This document shows positions 25,101-38,700 of a stretch of DNA of 64,000 bases, piece after piece; the first letter of the stretch is position 1; each line of letters begins with the position of its first letter. The stretch is from Macrostomum hystrix. Its lineage: Eukaryota > Animalia > Platyhelminthes. The position numbers were made by a program, and so were the translations under genes. The notes beneath the pieces were generated by a model, which worked only from the letters and a program-made list of their open reading frames with translations, made no database searches and was not told the origin of the DNA. The stretch is from positions 3,844,001-3,908,000 of the forward strand of contig CATNEN010000034.1 in the NCBI GenBank assembly GCA_950097015.1. Reading direction: 5' to 3'.

Positions 25101-28100
25101 GAAAATTTTTTTTCTGTAAAAATTATTTTAAACAAGTAATTTCTTGAAACATTTAAAACTTCTAGTAGAGTCACTTGTTAATCCAAACTTGTATATTCTT
25201 CGTGCCTTTGCTCATAAGCAGCCTTCTAAAGCCTGTCCATGGATGCGCACACAATTATTAAAAAGCTACTCTATGCCCTGCTCTTCCCCCGCTAATGGCC
25301 GAAACTTCATCAAAGGAAACATGCATTGGCCTGTTACTTGCCTCTAGCCTAGCAATCCCCGTACAACGCAAAGCCCTTCTTTTGCCTCTGTCTCCAACGG
25401 CCACCTCACAAGCTTCGCGGAGTGTCTGAAGCACCTGACGGCATCGCGCACTGAGTAATAACCCCCTCCCTAAGTTTTGAACCTCGTGACAGCGAGTGGA
25501 AGGTCTTCATCAAAGACCCGGCGGGGCTAATCAACGAGAGACTGCACTTTGAGGATCGAGGGAGAAATGTTCCTAAAGCTTGCCTGATCCAGAAAGTTTA
25601 ACAAGCAAGGGACAAAAAATGATGGATGTGATGACATTCTTCTAAATGATGGCCCGTCGAAAACAGCGAAATATTTATCTCACAAAAAAGTCACTCTCAC
25701 AGCAACACGACGCCTTCCTTGATGGTCTGCGGGTCGACTTAAGTAGCATCATGGCATCACGCAAATGTTGCCAAATCAACTCGATATCTGAGTAGAATGA
25801 GTGTGACTTTGGGGATCAGTTTTGACTGTGTTTTGACAAGCCGCGGGAAGCTACACGCGTGCCAAGTATCAGCTAACACCTAGTGATTGAATATTCATGC
25901 ACTGCAATCTGCGTCTGTGATCAGGCTGACTTTGCCAATCCATCAATCAGTTGGGTACAACTGCTGCCGCTTAGAGGTGGGGAATCTCGACTGCAGTTTT
26001 TTTCGCCTATATTTGTTCGAGTTGTGTCCGTCAGCTGTTGGTTGCAATTAACTAAACCTGAGTCCCACTCGGGCCAACTCTAATTAGAAATACCTTCGAA
26101 AGTAGCTAAATCTCTCATTAACTCCGCAACTAGACTGAAAAAAAGACAATGAAAGTCCGGCTATATAGCCTAGTGGTTCGTGATTCTCAATCATTCTACC
26201 TCATTCCTTTCAAGTTTGGCCTAGGAGGAATTCTTTGCACTAACAATTAGGAGCTTATTAAGTTGCCGGAGCCATGGGAAGAATCTGGGACTCTCTCTCT
26301 TGTGGAGCTGAAAGTTTTCTCTACTGAGGCATTCTCTCTCTCTCCCAGTCAACTCTACTCTCAACTTTCTGTCATTTGCCCGTCAGTGAACTGGGGCAGG
26401 TTTGACTGAAGCCATGGGTCTCCTTGGATAGAGGGGCCGCCCTCACGCCAGGTAGTCACGCGAGTCCTTTCACTCGGCCCTTTTTGTGTTGCGTTTTTTA
26501 CCCCGCTTTGATTTTTCTTTCTTTTTTAGAAAACTTTGCGCTTGAAATAATTCTGCAGCTCCGAGAAACGGCGAGAAATTTGTCAGAAATTATTCAAAAC
26601 GGCGAGGCCGATTTTCTGTGAATTCGTTCTTTAGACGTCCTTCTAAAAGATAACAAGTCACTCAAATCATTTTGTCTCGAAAGCTAATAAATCCATAATC
26701 CTTCAGGAGGGATTTTCTGCTTTTATCGTTTGTATGGAGATTTGCTGGCAGGGGGAGCTTTTGAGTTGGAGAACGACCAAGATCTACAAAGACATTCGAG
26801 AAAATAGAGTTCAAGACAGTGTAGTGACAGACAGCTTCTAATGGTAGAGGACAAGGTTAGGGAGATCTTAAAAATGGGAAGTCGAGGCGAGATTAAATGG
26901 GTTTCAGCATCAACTTGGATGGAAATTTGGGGTGGGTGTCGCGTTATCGCAGCCATCTGGGCTAGATGTGATTTCCATTTATCTATGGGAAGACAAGGTT
27001 TATTAAATCTAACGTTTGCTTCAGTTATCTAAAATATTTGCAAATCAAAATAGTTATTTTACAAACTTGCTACTATGAGTAGCAACTTTTATAGAGCTGT
27101 CTAACCCGTTTGCTTCTGAGGCAGAGGTCCCTGAGTTAGATTTTTGAGGGCCAAACTCCAAGGCAGAATTGCCACCTCGCAGGCCTCGGGTCGGCTGTCA
27201 CGAAGTAATGTGCCAGTGCCCACCGCCGACCCTCCTGTACGTCGGTTATGTCATTAGCGTCCTCAAAAACAATATTGCACGTGATGGCATGATTGTGTGG
27301 CTATCACAGGTTCAAAGCAATCCCTCTGCCCAATACTCCAAGCCAGGCATGACAGACGGGCCTGAGCAAATGATGAGTTGAGACCCTTATCTGACTCAGG
27401 CTGCATCCGCTGCCGAACTACTGCTATTCGGCCTCGACCCTTGAAGTGGGCGACCTCATTTCTCTCGGCAATCTGCACCTGAGTCCACTCTGAGCTATTC
27501 CCTCTCTCCATACCTTTACTGCTCAGCATCTTGCTGTTTTCCGCTCTCACCCTGTCTCACTCAATCTCCCCCTAAGTCAGTCTACAAATCAAGCATTTGA
27601 TTTATCTAGTATGGAAATCAGACTCGACACACACTAAGCCTGAACCAGATTATCATGCGACGGTTGCTTTGTGACTTCTTTAATCAGATTTCTCATTCGT
27701 AATTCTTAATTCGCAATCATATTGGATGGGACTATCAAGTCGCAAAGGAATTTATTCGATTCCCAAGTGTAAAACTGATAGATGGGATCGCTTTGATGGT
27801 AAAATTATTTTGTAGCTTTTGAGGAAAACAAGATATTGTTTTTTACCGGCGCGGGGGTTGATTAAAATTTCCGTTTTCCAATTTCCCCTCCCTTGAAAAT
27901 GCGCCTGAATTTGCTTTCACTTTTAATTAAAACGTATAGCTATCCAAGGTTTCCCTGACGACAGGGACGCGGAAATTGCTTCCAGTAATTTCCTAGTGTG
28001 TCGACAGATTTTAATAATTTTACCATATTTGTGATTGCTGATTTTGACTTGCTGGGTTTAAAAGCTTGTTTGAATTTAAGTTCGGGGCTGTTGAACCAAC

Positions 28101-28119
28101 TGAATGCCATCAAATGCCT

Positions 28120-30300
28120 CCACTGAAATCAATAGACACCTTCCTAATGAGATCTATCGACACCTTCCTAATTAGATCTATCGACACCTTCCTAATTAGA
28201 TCTATCGACGCCTTTCTAATTATATCTATCGACAACTTCCTAATATGATCTATCGACACCTTCCTAATTAGATCTATCGACACCTTCCTAATTAGATCTA
28301 TCGACACCTTCCTAATTAGATCTATCGACACCTTCCTAATATAATCTATCGACGCCTTCCTAATTAGATCTATCGACACCTTCCTAATTAGATCTATCGA
28401 CACCTTCCTAATATAATCTATCGACGCCTTCCTAATTAGATCTATCGACATCTTCCTAATTAGATCTATCGACACTTTCCTAATATTATCTATCGACACC
28501 TTCCTAATATAATCTATCGACGCCTTCCTAATATGATCTATCGACACCTTCCTAATATAATCTATCGACGCCTTCCTAATTAGATCTATCGACGCCTTCC
28601 TAATTAGATCTATCGACGCCTTCCTAATTAGAGCTATCGACGCCTTCCTAATTAGATCTATCGACGCCTTCCTAATTAGATCTATCGACGCCTTCCTAAT
28701 TAGATCTATCGACGCCTTTCTAATTAAATCTATCGACACCTTCCTAATATGATCTATCGACACCTTCCTAATATATTGACGCCTTCCTAATTAGATCTAT
28801 CGACACCTTCCTAATATAATCTATCGACACCTTCCTAATTAGATCTATCGACGCCTTCCTAATTAGATCTATCGACACCTTCCTAATTAGATCTATCGAC
28901 ACCTTCCAAATTAGATCTATCGACACCTTCCTAATTAGATCTATCGACACCTTCCTAATATAATCTATCGACACCTTCCTAATATAATCTATCGACACCT
29001 TCCTAATATAATCTATCGACACCTTCCTAATTAGATCTATCGACACCTTCCTAATATAATCTATCGACACCTTCCTAATATGATCTATCGACACCTTCCT
29101 AATTAGATCTATCGACACCTTCCTAATATGATCTATCGACACCTTCCTAATATAATCTATCGACACCTTCCAAATATGATCTATCGACACCTTCCTAATA
29201 TAATCTATCGACACCTTCCTAATATAATCTATCGACACCTTCCTAATATAATCTATCGACACCTTCCTAATTAGATCTATCGACACCTTCCTAATATAAT
29301 CTATCGACACCTTCCTAATATGATCTATCGACACCTTCCTAATTAGATCTATCGACACCTTTCTAATATGATCTATCGACACCTTCCTAATATAATCTAT
29401 CGACACCTTCCAAATATGATCTATCGACACCTTCCTAATATAATCTATCGACACTTTCTTAATATAATCTATCGACACCTTCCTAATTAGATCTATCGAC
29501 ACCTTTCTAATATGATCTATCGACACCTTCCTAATATAATCTATCGACACCTTCCAAATATGATCTATCGACACCTTCCTAATATAATCTATCGACACTT
29601 TCTTAATATAATCTATCGACACCTTCCTAATTAGATCTATCGACACCTTCCTAATGAGATCTATCGAAACCTTCCTAATATGATCTATCGACACCTTCCT
29701 AATATGATCTATCGACACCTTCCTAATTAGATCTATCGACACCTTCCTAATATGATCTATCGACACTTTCCTAATATAATCTATCGACACCTTCCTAATA
29801 TGATCTATCGACACCTTCCTAATATAATCTATCGAGACCTTCCTAATTAGATCTATCGACACCTTCCTAATATAGTCTATCGACACCTTCCTAATATGAT
29901 CTATCGACACCTTCCTAATATGATCTATCGACACCTTCCTAATTAGATCTATCGACACCTTCCTAATGAGATCTATCGACACCTTCCTAATATGATCTAT
30001 CGACACCTTCCTAATTAGATCTATCGACACCTTTCTAATATGATCTATCGACACCTTCCTAATATAATCTATCGACACCTTCCTAATATGATCTATCGAC
30101 ACCTTCCTAATATAATCTATCGAGACCTTCCTAATTAGATCTATCGACACCTTCCTAATATAGTCTATCGACACCTTCCTAATATGATCTATCGACACCT
30201 TCCTAATATGATCTATCGACACCTTCCTAATTAGATCTATCGACACCTTCCTGATTAGATCTATCGACACCTTCCTAATATGATCTATCGACACCTTCCT
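28120..30300. repeat. 24-bp satellite (CTATCGACACCTTCCTAATTAGAT)n, about 90 units, with higher-order structure
   Basis: Direct observation; the 560-aa and 217-aa minus-strand ORFs are its translations. Confidence 0.98.
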
Positions 30301-30869
30301 ACTGAGAACTATCAACATCGTCCTCCTAATTGACGGAGCTAATGTAAAAAAAGTTCTGAGAACCTTTGAACTTGACAGCTGAATTCTCTCTGTCGCGATC
30401 TGTCTTCTTTGTCTCTCTGACTGACTTGTTGACAGACCACAAGTCCGCAAGCTTCATCCTGGATTCGCAAGGCTTTAGTGTTTACATTTTTTTCTAATGC
30501 ACTTCTTTCGCTTTGGACTCCTGGCGGCCCGTGACTCGCGTAGAGGTTTGTGTGGTTCGTATGAAAAATAATAACAAAATCCCATGTTTACTAGCTGATT
30601 TAGCATCTCCTGGGATCAGATTGTCTTAATCCCGGACATCAACATATTTCGTCACAACCCTTATCGGCAGTGTGACAAGATTGCTCCCAGAGATTTATCT
30701 CATGTTCCCATCGAGACAGCGCCCGCAGAGCTCTCAGAGCATTTTGAACCTGAATTAGCATACTTGGTCGAGGTTAGTTATTTTAGATATATAAACATAT
30801 CGATGTGCTCAGGATGTGCTCATTAATGTAATTAAACCTACAGTCAATAATGTGCTCGATCGTGTGCTC

Positions 30870-31590
30870 TATATCATGCTAAAAATGTACTCAGCCGTGT
30901 TTTTTTAACAGTGTGCTCAATCCTGTGCTGAATAGTGTGCTCAATTTTTACTCAATAGTGTGCTCAATCTTTACTCAATAGTGCGCTCAATCCTGTACTC
31001 AATAGTGCCCTCAATCCAGTACTCAATAGTGCGCTCAATCCTGTACTCAACAGTGTGCTCAATCCTGTACTCAACAGTGTGCTCAGTCCTGTACTCAATA
31101 GTGTGCTCAGTCCTGTACTCAATAGTGTGCTCAGTCCTGTACTCAATAGTGTGCTCAATCCTGTACTCAATAGTGCGCTCAATCCTGTGCTCAAATTTTG
31201 TGCTCAATCCAGTGCTCAATAGTGTGCTCAGTCCTGTACTCAATAGTGTGCTCAATCCTGTACTCAATAGTGCGCTCAATACTGTGCTCAAATTTTGTGC
31301 TCAATCCAGTGCTCAATCGTGTGCTCAATCCTATACTCAATTGTGTGGTAAATCCTCTACTCAATTGTGTGCTCAATCCAGTGCTCGATAGTGTGCTCAA
31401 TCCTGTACTCAATAGTGCGCGCAATCCTATACTCAATCGTGAGGTAAATCCTGTACTCAATTGTGGGGTCAATCCTGTACTCAATTGTTTGGTCAATCCT
31501 ATACTCAATTGTATGCTCAGTCCTGTACTCAATTGTGTAGTCAATCCTGCACTCAATAATATATTCAATTCCAACAGTGTACTCAAAATT
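30870..31590. repeat. 24-bp tandem repeat (TGTGCTCAATCCTGTACTCAATAG)n, diverging at the edges
   Basis: About 28 units. Confidence 0.93.
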
Positions 31591-32149
31591 GTTGAGATCG
31601 CATAGAAGTAGCCAGCGGACGATTTAGCTAAAGACTAAAAACTGTTCTCACTCCATCTCGCTCTAATAATATTGCTGTCAGTATCTCTGTCTCAAGTTTC
31701 TTACTAAATCCTTAAGGTTATTAATTAGCCACATCTAAAGTCTAACAGACTATGTTGCGGAATTGCTTCACTTCTTGAAGCTCGTGACCTTCTGGATGGT
31801 TCTCAAGCAGTCGCAAGCGCCACTGCTCACGACACTGAAAGAGGAAGCCGCATTTAAGAATGCTCTCCCGTTGCAGCTAGCTGGTTGCTGGCTCTCAAGA
31901 GCTACCTCCCGGTCCATTGTAAACCTGATTTATAATAATAATTTTCTTAAGAGAATAATTTTCTGAGAATGCGCGGCGCCCACTTTAACGCCTCAAACTA
32001 ATGGCTTTGGCTTCCGCTAGATAACTGTCGCCTCCGCTGAGCTGTTCCCTTCTCGTCGAGTACTTTTTAGAGTACTGCTACATTTGTAATCCTCTTTTAT
32101 TAGCTCGACGCTAATAAACCGACTAATTTCATCTAATAACTGTACTGAG

Positions 32150-32835
32150 ATCCATCGACACCTTCCTACTGATGTCTATCGACAACTTCTTAAGGATGTC
32201 TATCGACACCATCCTACTGATGTCTATCGACACATTCCTACTGATGTCTATCGACAACTTCTTAAGGATGTCTATCGACACCTTCCTACTGATGTCTATC
32301 GACAACTTCTTAAGGATGTCTATCGACACCTTCCTACTGATGTCTATCGACAACTTCTTAAGGATGTCTATCGACACCTTCCTACTGATGTCTATCGACA
32401 CCTTCCTACTGATGTCTATCGACAACTTCTTAAGGATGTCTATCGACACCTTCCTACTGATGTCTATCGACACCTTCCTACTGATGTCTATCGACAACTT
32501 CTTAAGGATGTCTATCGACACCTTCCTACTGATGTCTATCGACACCTTCCAACTGATGTCTATCGACACCTTCCTACTGATGTCTATTGACACCTTCCTA
32601 CTGATGTCTATCGACACCTTCCAACTGATGTCTATCGACACCTTCCTACTGATGTCTATTGACACCTTCCAACTGATGTCTATTGACACCTTCCTACTCA
32701 TGTCAATAGACACATTTCCTACTGATGTTTAGGGACACATTTCCTACTGATGTTTAGGGACACATTTCCTACTGATGTGTATCGACACCTATTACTGACA
32801 TCTATCGGCATCTGTCTACTCACTTCTATCGACAC
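32150..32835. repeat. 24-bp satellite (CTATCGACACCTTCCTACTGATGT)n, sibling of the 28-30 kb array
   Basis: Shares CTATCGACACCTTCCTA; the left part alternates with a CTATCGACAACTTCTTAAGGATGT variant as a 48-bp dimer. Confidence 0.95.
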
Positions 32836-33429
32836 CTGCTCTCGGTACATTTGTAATTCTTTTTACGCAACATATCGGCTCATTTATAACTGAGCTCTAA
32901 TTGCAGCGGTTGGCAACCTGCGGGCTGCGGGCCAGAAGCATTAAATTCAGCCTTCCAATTCAACACCTACTCCACCTTTTCTGATCTCTCTAGCTTCACA
33001 TCTCACCCCAGTCTCGTCATTTCGCTGTCTCATATCTCATACATGAGTAATGCTTCATAGAACTGATTTGGCTCAATTAAATAAGAACATGGTTATGTAG
33101 TCCGAAATGTTAAGAACTATGTCATTGTTTTCAGAGTTTTTCGGATTTTATCCTCGGGTTTTTATCCCATATCTTAGATTTCACTTAATCCAGCACCCTA
33201 GAAATCGATTCCTAACCACCGTCTTGCTATTATTCTCTGCCGGGTCTTTTCCATCAGTTTCATTTCCTCTCAGTTGGAAAGTGCAAGTCAACAGACACTG
33301 CTGGGAAGTATGACTAAGTGGCAACCCAATGCATTCTGTCCTAATTAATTATTAACTGGCTTTGGTCAGAAACGGGAATGAAAAGCCTGAATGCATTCGG
33401 TGCTATCTCAATAATGACCCGCCATCAAG

Positions 33430-34140
33430 GTCCTGTTCCTTCCCGTCCGGTCCCGTCCCATCCAGTTACTCATTCCCATTCCATGCCGTTCCCACCCATC
33501 CAGTCCCATCCCATTCTCACCCATCCAGTCCAATCCCATTCCCACCCATCCATCCCATCCCATTCCCACACATCCACTCCATTCCCTTCCCACCTAACCA
33601 GTCCCATCCCATTCCCACCCGTCCAGTCCCATCCCATTCCCACCCGTCCAGTCCCATCCCATTCCCACCCATCAATCCCATCCCATTCCCACACATCCAC
33701 TCCATTCCCTTCCCACCCAACCAGTCCCATCCCATTCCCACCCGTCCAGTCCCATCCCATTCCCACCCGTCCAGTCCCATCCCATTCCCACCCGTCCCAT
33801 CCGATTCCCACCCATCCAGTCCCATCCCATTCCCACCCTCCAGTCCCATCCCATTCCCACCCGTCCCATCCGATTCCCACCCATCCAGTACCATCCAATT
33901 CCCATCCAAACAGTCCAATCCCATTCCCACCCATCCAGGCCCATCCCATTCCCATCCATCCAGTCCCATCCGATTCCCACCCATCCAGTCCAATCCCATT
34001 CCCATCCATCCAGTCCCATCCCATACCCATCCATACAGTCCAATCCCATTCCCACCCATCCTGTCCCATCCCATTCCCATCCATACAGTCCAATCCCATT
34101 CCCACCCATCCAGTCCGATCTCAATCCCGTCCCATCCGGC
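33430..34140. repeat. Degenerate (CCCAT)n pentamer-based repeat
   Basis: CCCAT/CCATT/CCAGT mosaic; G-rich on the minus strand. Confidence 0.93.
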
Positions 34141-35114
34141 GAATATAAGTGCAGAGAAGCGGCCCTGCTTGTGTACACATGAGTTAGGCAAGGCAGAAGG
34201 AAAAAACTGCCATTCGCTTTCTAAATTTTTTCTATTAAAATTTCTGCGTCTCTCCTGCTTGCTCGTCCGGAATTAATAGTTATTCTTTCTTTCTGTGGAA
34301 AATCTAGCAAATGTCACGAGGAAAATGCAGGAAGGATACAAGCATGCTGAGATCACCCGCGGAGCCGGGGGGAGAGTAGTGGGAGACAGGAGAGGAGCTG
34401 GGAAGACACGAGCCAGCTTAGCTCTCGTCAGGTGAAAAAGAGACGACGGAATCTCGGCAGCAGGAAATATGACCGTTGGGGGCCGCAGCCTGCATGGCAC
34501 TGAGGCTGTGCCAGTGTCTAGGCTGACAATCTGTGCCAGGATGCCTGGCTAAAACCGCAGGTGCGTGACGGAAAAGAACCTCGAAGACACCCGATGAGCT
34601 GAAGTCCCTCCGGCGTGACCCCGGACCCCGCCCCCGTCCTCGGCCTCATCTTCCCCATCCGCCCGCCGCCCCATATGAGGATTAGCGCGGATTCAGGTGG
34701 GAAATAAAAGGAGCCTGGGAACAACCTCGGCAGCCGATTGAGCGTTCAAGCTTCGGAGCTGCATGGCAGCCTTTTGAGACAGACGCGCGGGGGCCGACGG
34801 AGGGGAGGAGAGCAGGGAAATTGACGGATTATCGCTGGGATTCGCTCATCAGAGGCGGTGTTTGGGGCGAAATCCACTGCGCAACATGTGGGATTTAACT
34901 CCCCCCGCATATCCAGGTACCGAGGGTGACGCCTCCCCAGCGGCCTCTCATTGGCTGCATTGAAATCTGCTATTTGAAAGTGCGCCACTGTTCCATTCCA
35001 GACTCGAATTGAGAGCTGCCTGGGTGAGACGGGACATACAAACAGATTAGGAGGCCCGGGCGCAAACAAACCAGCGGGGATAAAAAGGCCTTGCCCTACT
35101 CAAAGCCGCTAGAC

Positions 35115-35721
35115 ATGCTGGGCAGCAAGCTGCTGGACATTGTGTCCCCCTCCGGCTCCACTAGCGACTTGAGTCTCCGCGGTCTTAAAGAAGCTCTTCT
35201 AGCCACGGACAGCCAGGGGCAGGCAGCGCCAGAGAAGCCGAAGCAGCCACTCCGCTACACAATGTCCTTCCGAGGTCGAACTGGGCCAACCAGCCGTGAC
35301 GAGGGCTGGCAGCGCCTCAGCGTCAAGACGGCCGTCGGCGGGCTCGGAGGTGTCGGCGGCGGTGGCGGCGGCGGAGATGGTGGCTCCCCGCAGCTGCTTC
35401 AGCGGGCGAGTAGCATGCGTGAGGGGATTGGCCGGCGCCCTGTCGGAACGGGCGCAGCTGCCGCCGCAGCAGTAGCTTCAGCTGCGGGGCCTCCGCGGCA
35501 GACAGGCACGCCCCAGAGGACAGTTGGTAGGTCAAGCGTTCGAGAAGGCCGGATCAGTCATCACAACTCAAAGGACTCGGTGTTCGCCGAGCATCAGCAG
35601 CAGCAGCCGTTGACGCCGACGCTGCAGCAGTTGCACAAGCGGCAGCCGCACGTTCCTCCGCCGCTAATGGAAGGAAAGTCGGAAGTCCAGTTTTGGCGCT
35701 CCAGTCGGAACGAAGCAGGCA

Positions 35722-35763
<42 letters not shown>

Positions 35764-38700
35764 GAGGAGGAAGCGGAGGCGGCGGTTGCCGGAGTCCTCG
35801 CGGCACAGACTCGGAGGTTTCCGTTGAGCACTTCAAATTCGACCTCTACCAGGGCGTTGTGGCGGAGTCGGCTGGTGCCGAGTGCAGCGGAGCTCCCATT
35901 GAAGTGGCAGGCGGCTCGTCAGCAGCCGTAGAGAAGCCATGCGGCCTTATCAACATCCGCATTCAGTACAATTTCGACCGGTCCTGCCTAGTTGTCGATT
36001 TGCGCCACGCCAAGGACCTCTGTCTGCCGTCGCCGGCATCAACGCCTGACTCTCCAGCGGCTGCGGCAGCGTCGGCGAACCAGGCAGCGTCGGCGAACCA
36101 GGCAGCTTCGTCAATGCCAAGCCCGTTTGCCCGTCTACAGCTGCTGCCACAGAAGGAACAGCAGCAGGTGTGCAAGGAATAAAAAAACTGATCTCAGATC
36201 CCAGATCTCAGATCCCAGATCCCAGATCCCAGATCTCAGATCCCAGATCTCAGATCCCAGATCCCAGATCCCAGATCCCAGATCTCAGATCCCAGATCTC
36301 AGATCCCAGATCTCAGATCCCAGATCTCAGATCCCAGATCTCAGATCCCAGATCTCAGATCCCAGATCTCAGATCCCAGATCTCAGATCCCAGATCTCAG
36401 ATCCCAGATCTCAGATCCCAGATCTCAGATCCCAGATCTCAGATCCCAGATCTCAGATCCCAGATCTCAGATCCCAGATCTCAGATCCCAGATCTCAGAT
36501 CCCAGATCTCAGATCCCAGATCTCAGATCCCAGATTCATAAATAAATGACTAAAAGGATCGCGGCGATTTTTATCCCAATCCTTAGGTGAGCCGAGTACA
36601 GAAGCTGACCAGCTGTCCAATATGGAACGAGAAGTTTGACTTCAGCCTGGAGTTCCGCCAGTGCCAGTCGGTTACTGTTGAAGTTGAGCTCAGGAGCCAC
36701 AGCAAGCGGGGAGCCAGCAGGCTCATCGGCAAGGCAAAGATTCCGCTGAGCTCCGTCAATGTCCAGGGCGGCGAGACCATCAATAAGCCGGTGTTCCCCT
36801 GCAGTCAGGCGAGTCAACGACTGGGCTTATGTTGCTGGGCTTCTAGTCGGCTGATGGCAGATTGATGGATTGACTGAACAGGTCATAGAGCGAGTGACTG
36901 GGAGAGTGACTGAAGGAGTGACTCGGAGTGACTGGAGGAGTTACTTGGGGAGTTACTGAGGTAGTGACTGGGGAGTGACTGGGGGAGTGACTGGGGGAGT
37001 GACTGGGGGAGTGACTGAGGGAGTGACTGGGGGAGTGACTGGGGGAGTGACTGGGGGAGTGACTGGGGGAGTGACTGGGGGAGTGACTGGGGGAGTGACT
37101 GAGGGAGTGACTCGGAGGAGTGACTGGGGGAATGACTGGGGGAGTGACTGGGGGAGTGACTGCGGGATGACTGCGGGGTGAGTACAGATTGCTGTAAAAT
37201 GCAGTGATGGTACTGTAAGTGATGCAAAGGTCAAATACATCATCAGATTATGAACAGCTAGGCTGTACCAATATCACCTATGAAGCACAAAATCTTTAGC
37301 CCTTTCCGTCCTAATCCTGTGATGGATTAGAAATCTTGCGGTCGAAGGAGTTTTGTCAGAAAACGAACTGATCCTGACCGAGGACTTACTCTACTTGGCG
37401 ACGCACTTGTACTTTTTATCTGGGCAGAAAGTTAGACAAGCTGAGGTGCCGTTGGCTAATTTACAAAAAATTTCGCGTACTAAATGCTTTTATTAAAATA
37501 CAATTTAATTTCTAGGAGCGTGATGATATTGGCGAAATCCTAGTTTCGTTGCACTACCTGCCTAATGCCAAGCGACTCAACATGGACGTGCTCAAAGTGC
37601 GAAACCTACTGCACGACGACATGACGAAACGACTGGGTGAGAATTCCAGGAAATCCGCACTGTTCGATTAGAAATATTTCGATACATATCGGCCATGTGT
37701 CTAATTTATGGTTCGTTCGAATTTAAGGAGCTTGTAGCCCAGTAGTTGGCATGTGTCCCTTGAGTCCCTAGTGCTTCTGTTCTATTCTATTCTATTATAT
37801 TATATTATATTATATTATATTATATTATATTATATTATATTATATTCTGTTCTATTCTATTCTGTTCTATTCTATTCTATTCTATTCTACGAGCTCGTAT
37901 TATTTTCTATTCTATCATTTGTTATGATTGTATGACTGACAGCTGAATGCTAAGTACTCGTTCCTTTTATTTATTAAAAATGGAAACATTCTGATTTAGA
38001 AAACTGTTAAATGGAAGTCACTAAGCTCCAGGAAACAAAGGGGGTTGGCCATTGTGTTTCGTAGAATAATGGAGAGTTATAAAAAATTAGCAACTCTTAA
38101 AGCGACTTTTCTGATTAAAGAACTACCTAGAGCTGTCGTTCATTTGAATTTGGTTAGGAGACAATAAAATATAGAAAAATCTCTGAAACTTGTTTTAAAA
38201 AACGTATTGTTAACATCCTTTCTCAATAAATCTGTTAGTTTTTACTTTGGATTTCGAATCGTTGTGGGAATAAAAACACAACCACATCGTTGGGTGGTGA
38301 CTGATTGGTTGACAGACTAGGCGAGGGTGTCCTGTGTTTGAGCTGCGCCTAACATTTTAGGCTTGATTAGTGAAATTGGAAACATCTGACCTTCGGCCAG
38401 AACCGTTGAATATCTCGACGTTCTAAAGAGCTGGCGACTTGATTATTGTTTCAGAAGATGCGCAACAAAAAGTTGGCCCTTGTTCTTGAGTTTCGTGTTC
38501 TTGCCTGGCTCCGACCGTTCGGGTGCAGCAAAAAAATGGTCGCGGGGGGGAATTCCCCCCTCGTAGTTCTACTGTTAAGGATTGGGATATCTTTTGAAAT
38601 CCGGGATTTACGAGACTAATTAAGCTTAGGGGATATTTGTGGGTAGGGGATAATTTAGGGATAGGGCATTATTTAGGGACTGAGGATTTCTTAGGGATTG

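Noticed and set aside
25290-25830. Possible decayed LINE ORF2 fragment on the minus strand (e.g. DIELIWQHLRDAM)
   Set aside because: Only a vague resemblance, with no RT or endonuclease catalytic motif; it would need a profile search.
22560-26200. tRNA/SINE-like boxes (B-box-like at ~22570 and ~23157 on the minus strand; A-box-like TAGCCTAGTGG at ~26167)
   Set aside because: They are isolated boxes without correct A-B spacing or a cloverleaf, so no tRNA or SINE can be supported.
28120-30300. CRISPR-like appearance of regularly spaced repeats here and elsewhere
   Set aside because: There are no unique spacers and no cas genes, and the context is eukaryotic and spliced.
28110-30450. 560-aa and 217-aa minus-strand ORFs (IDLIRKVS)n
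   Set aside because: These are translations of a 24-bp satellite whose unit length is a multiple of 3; there is no coding evidence.
38542-38563. Perfect palindrome GGGGGGAATTCCCCCC
   Set aside because: It is a single low-complexity palindrome with no supporting context.
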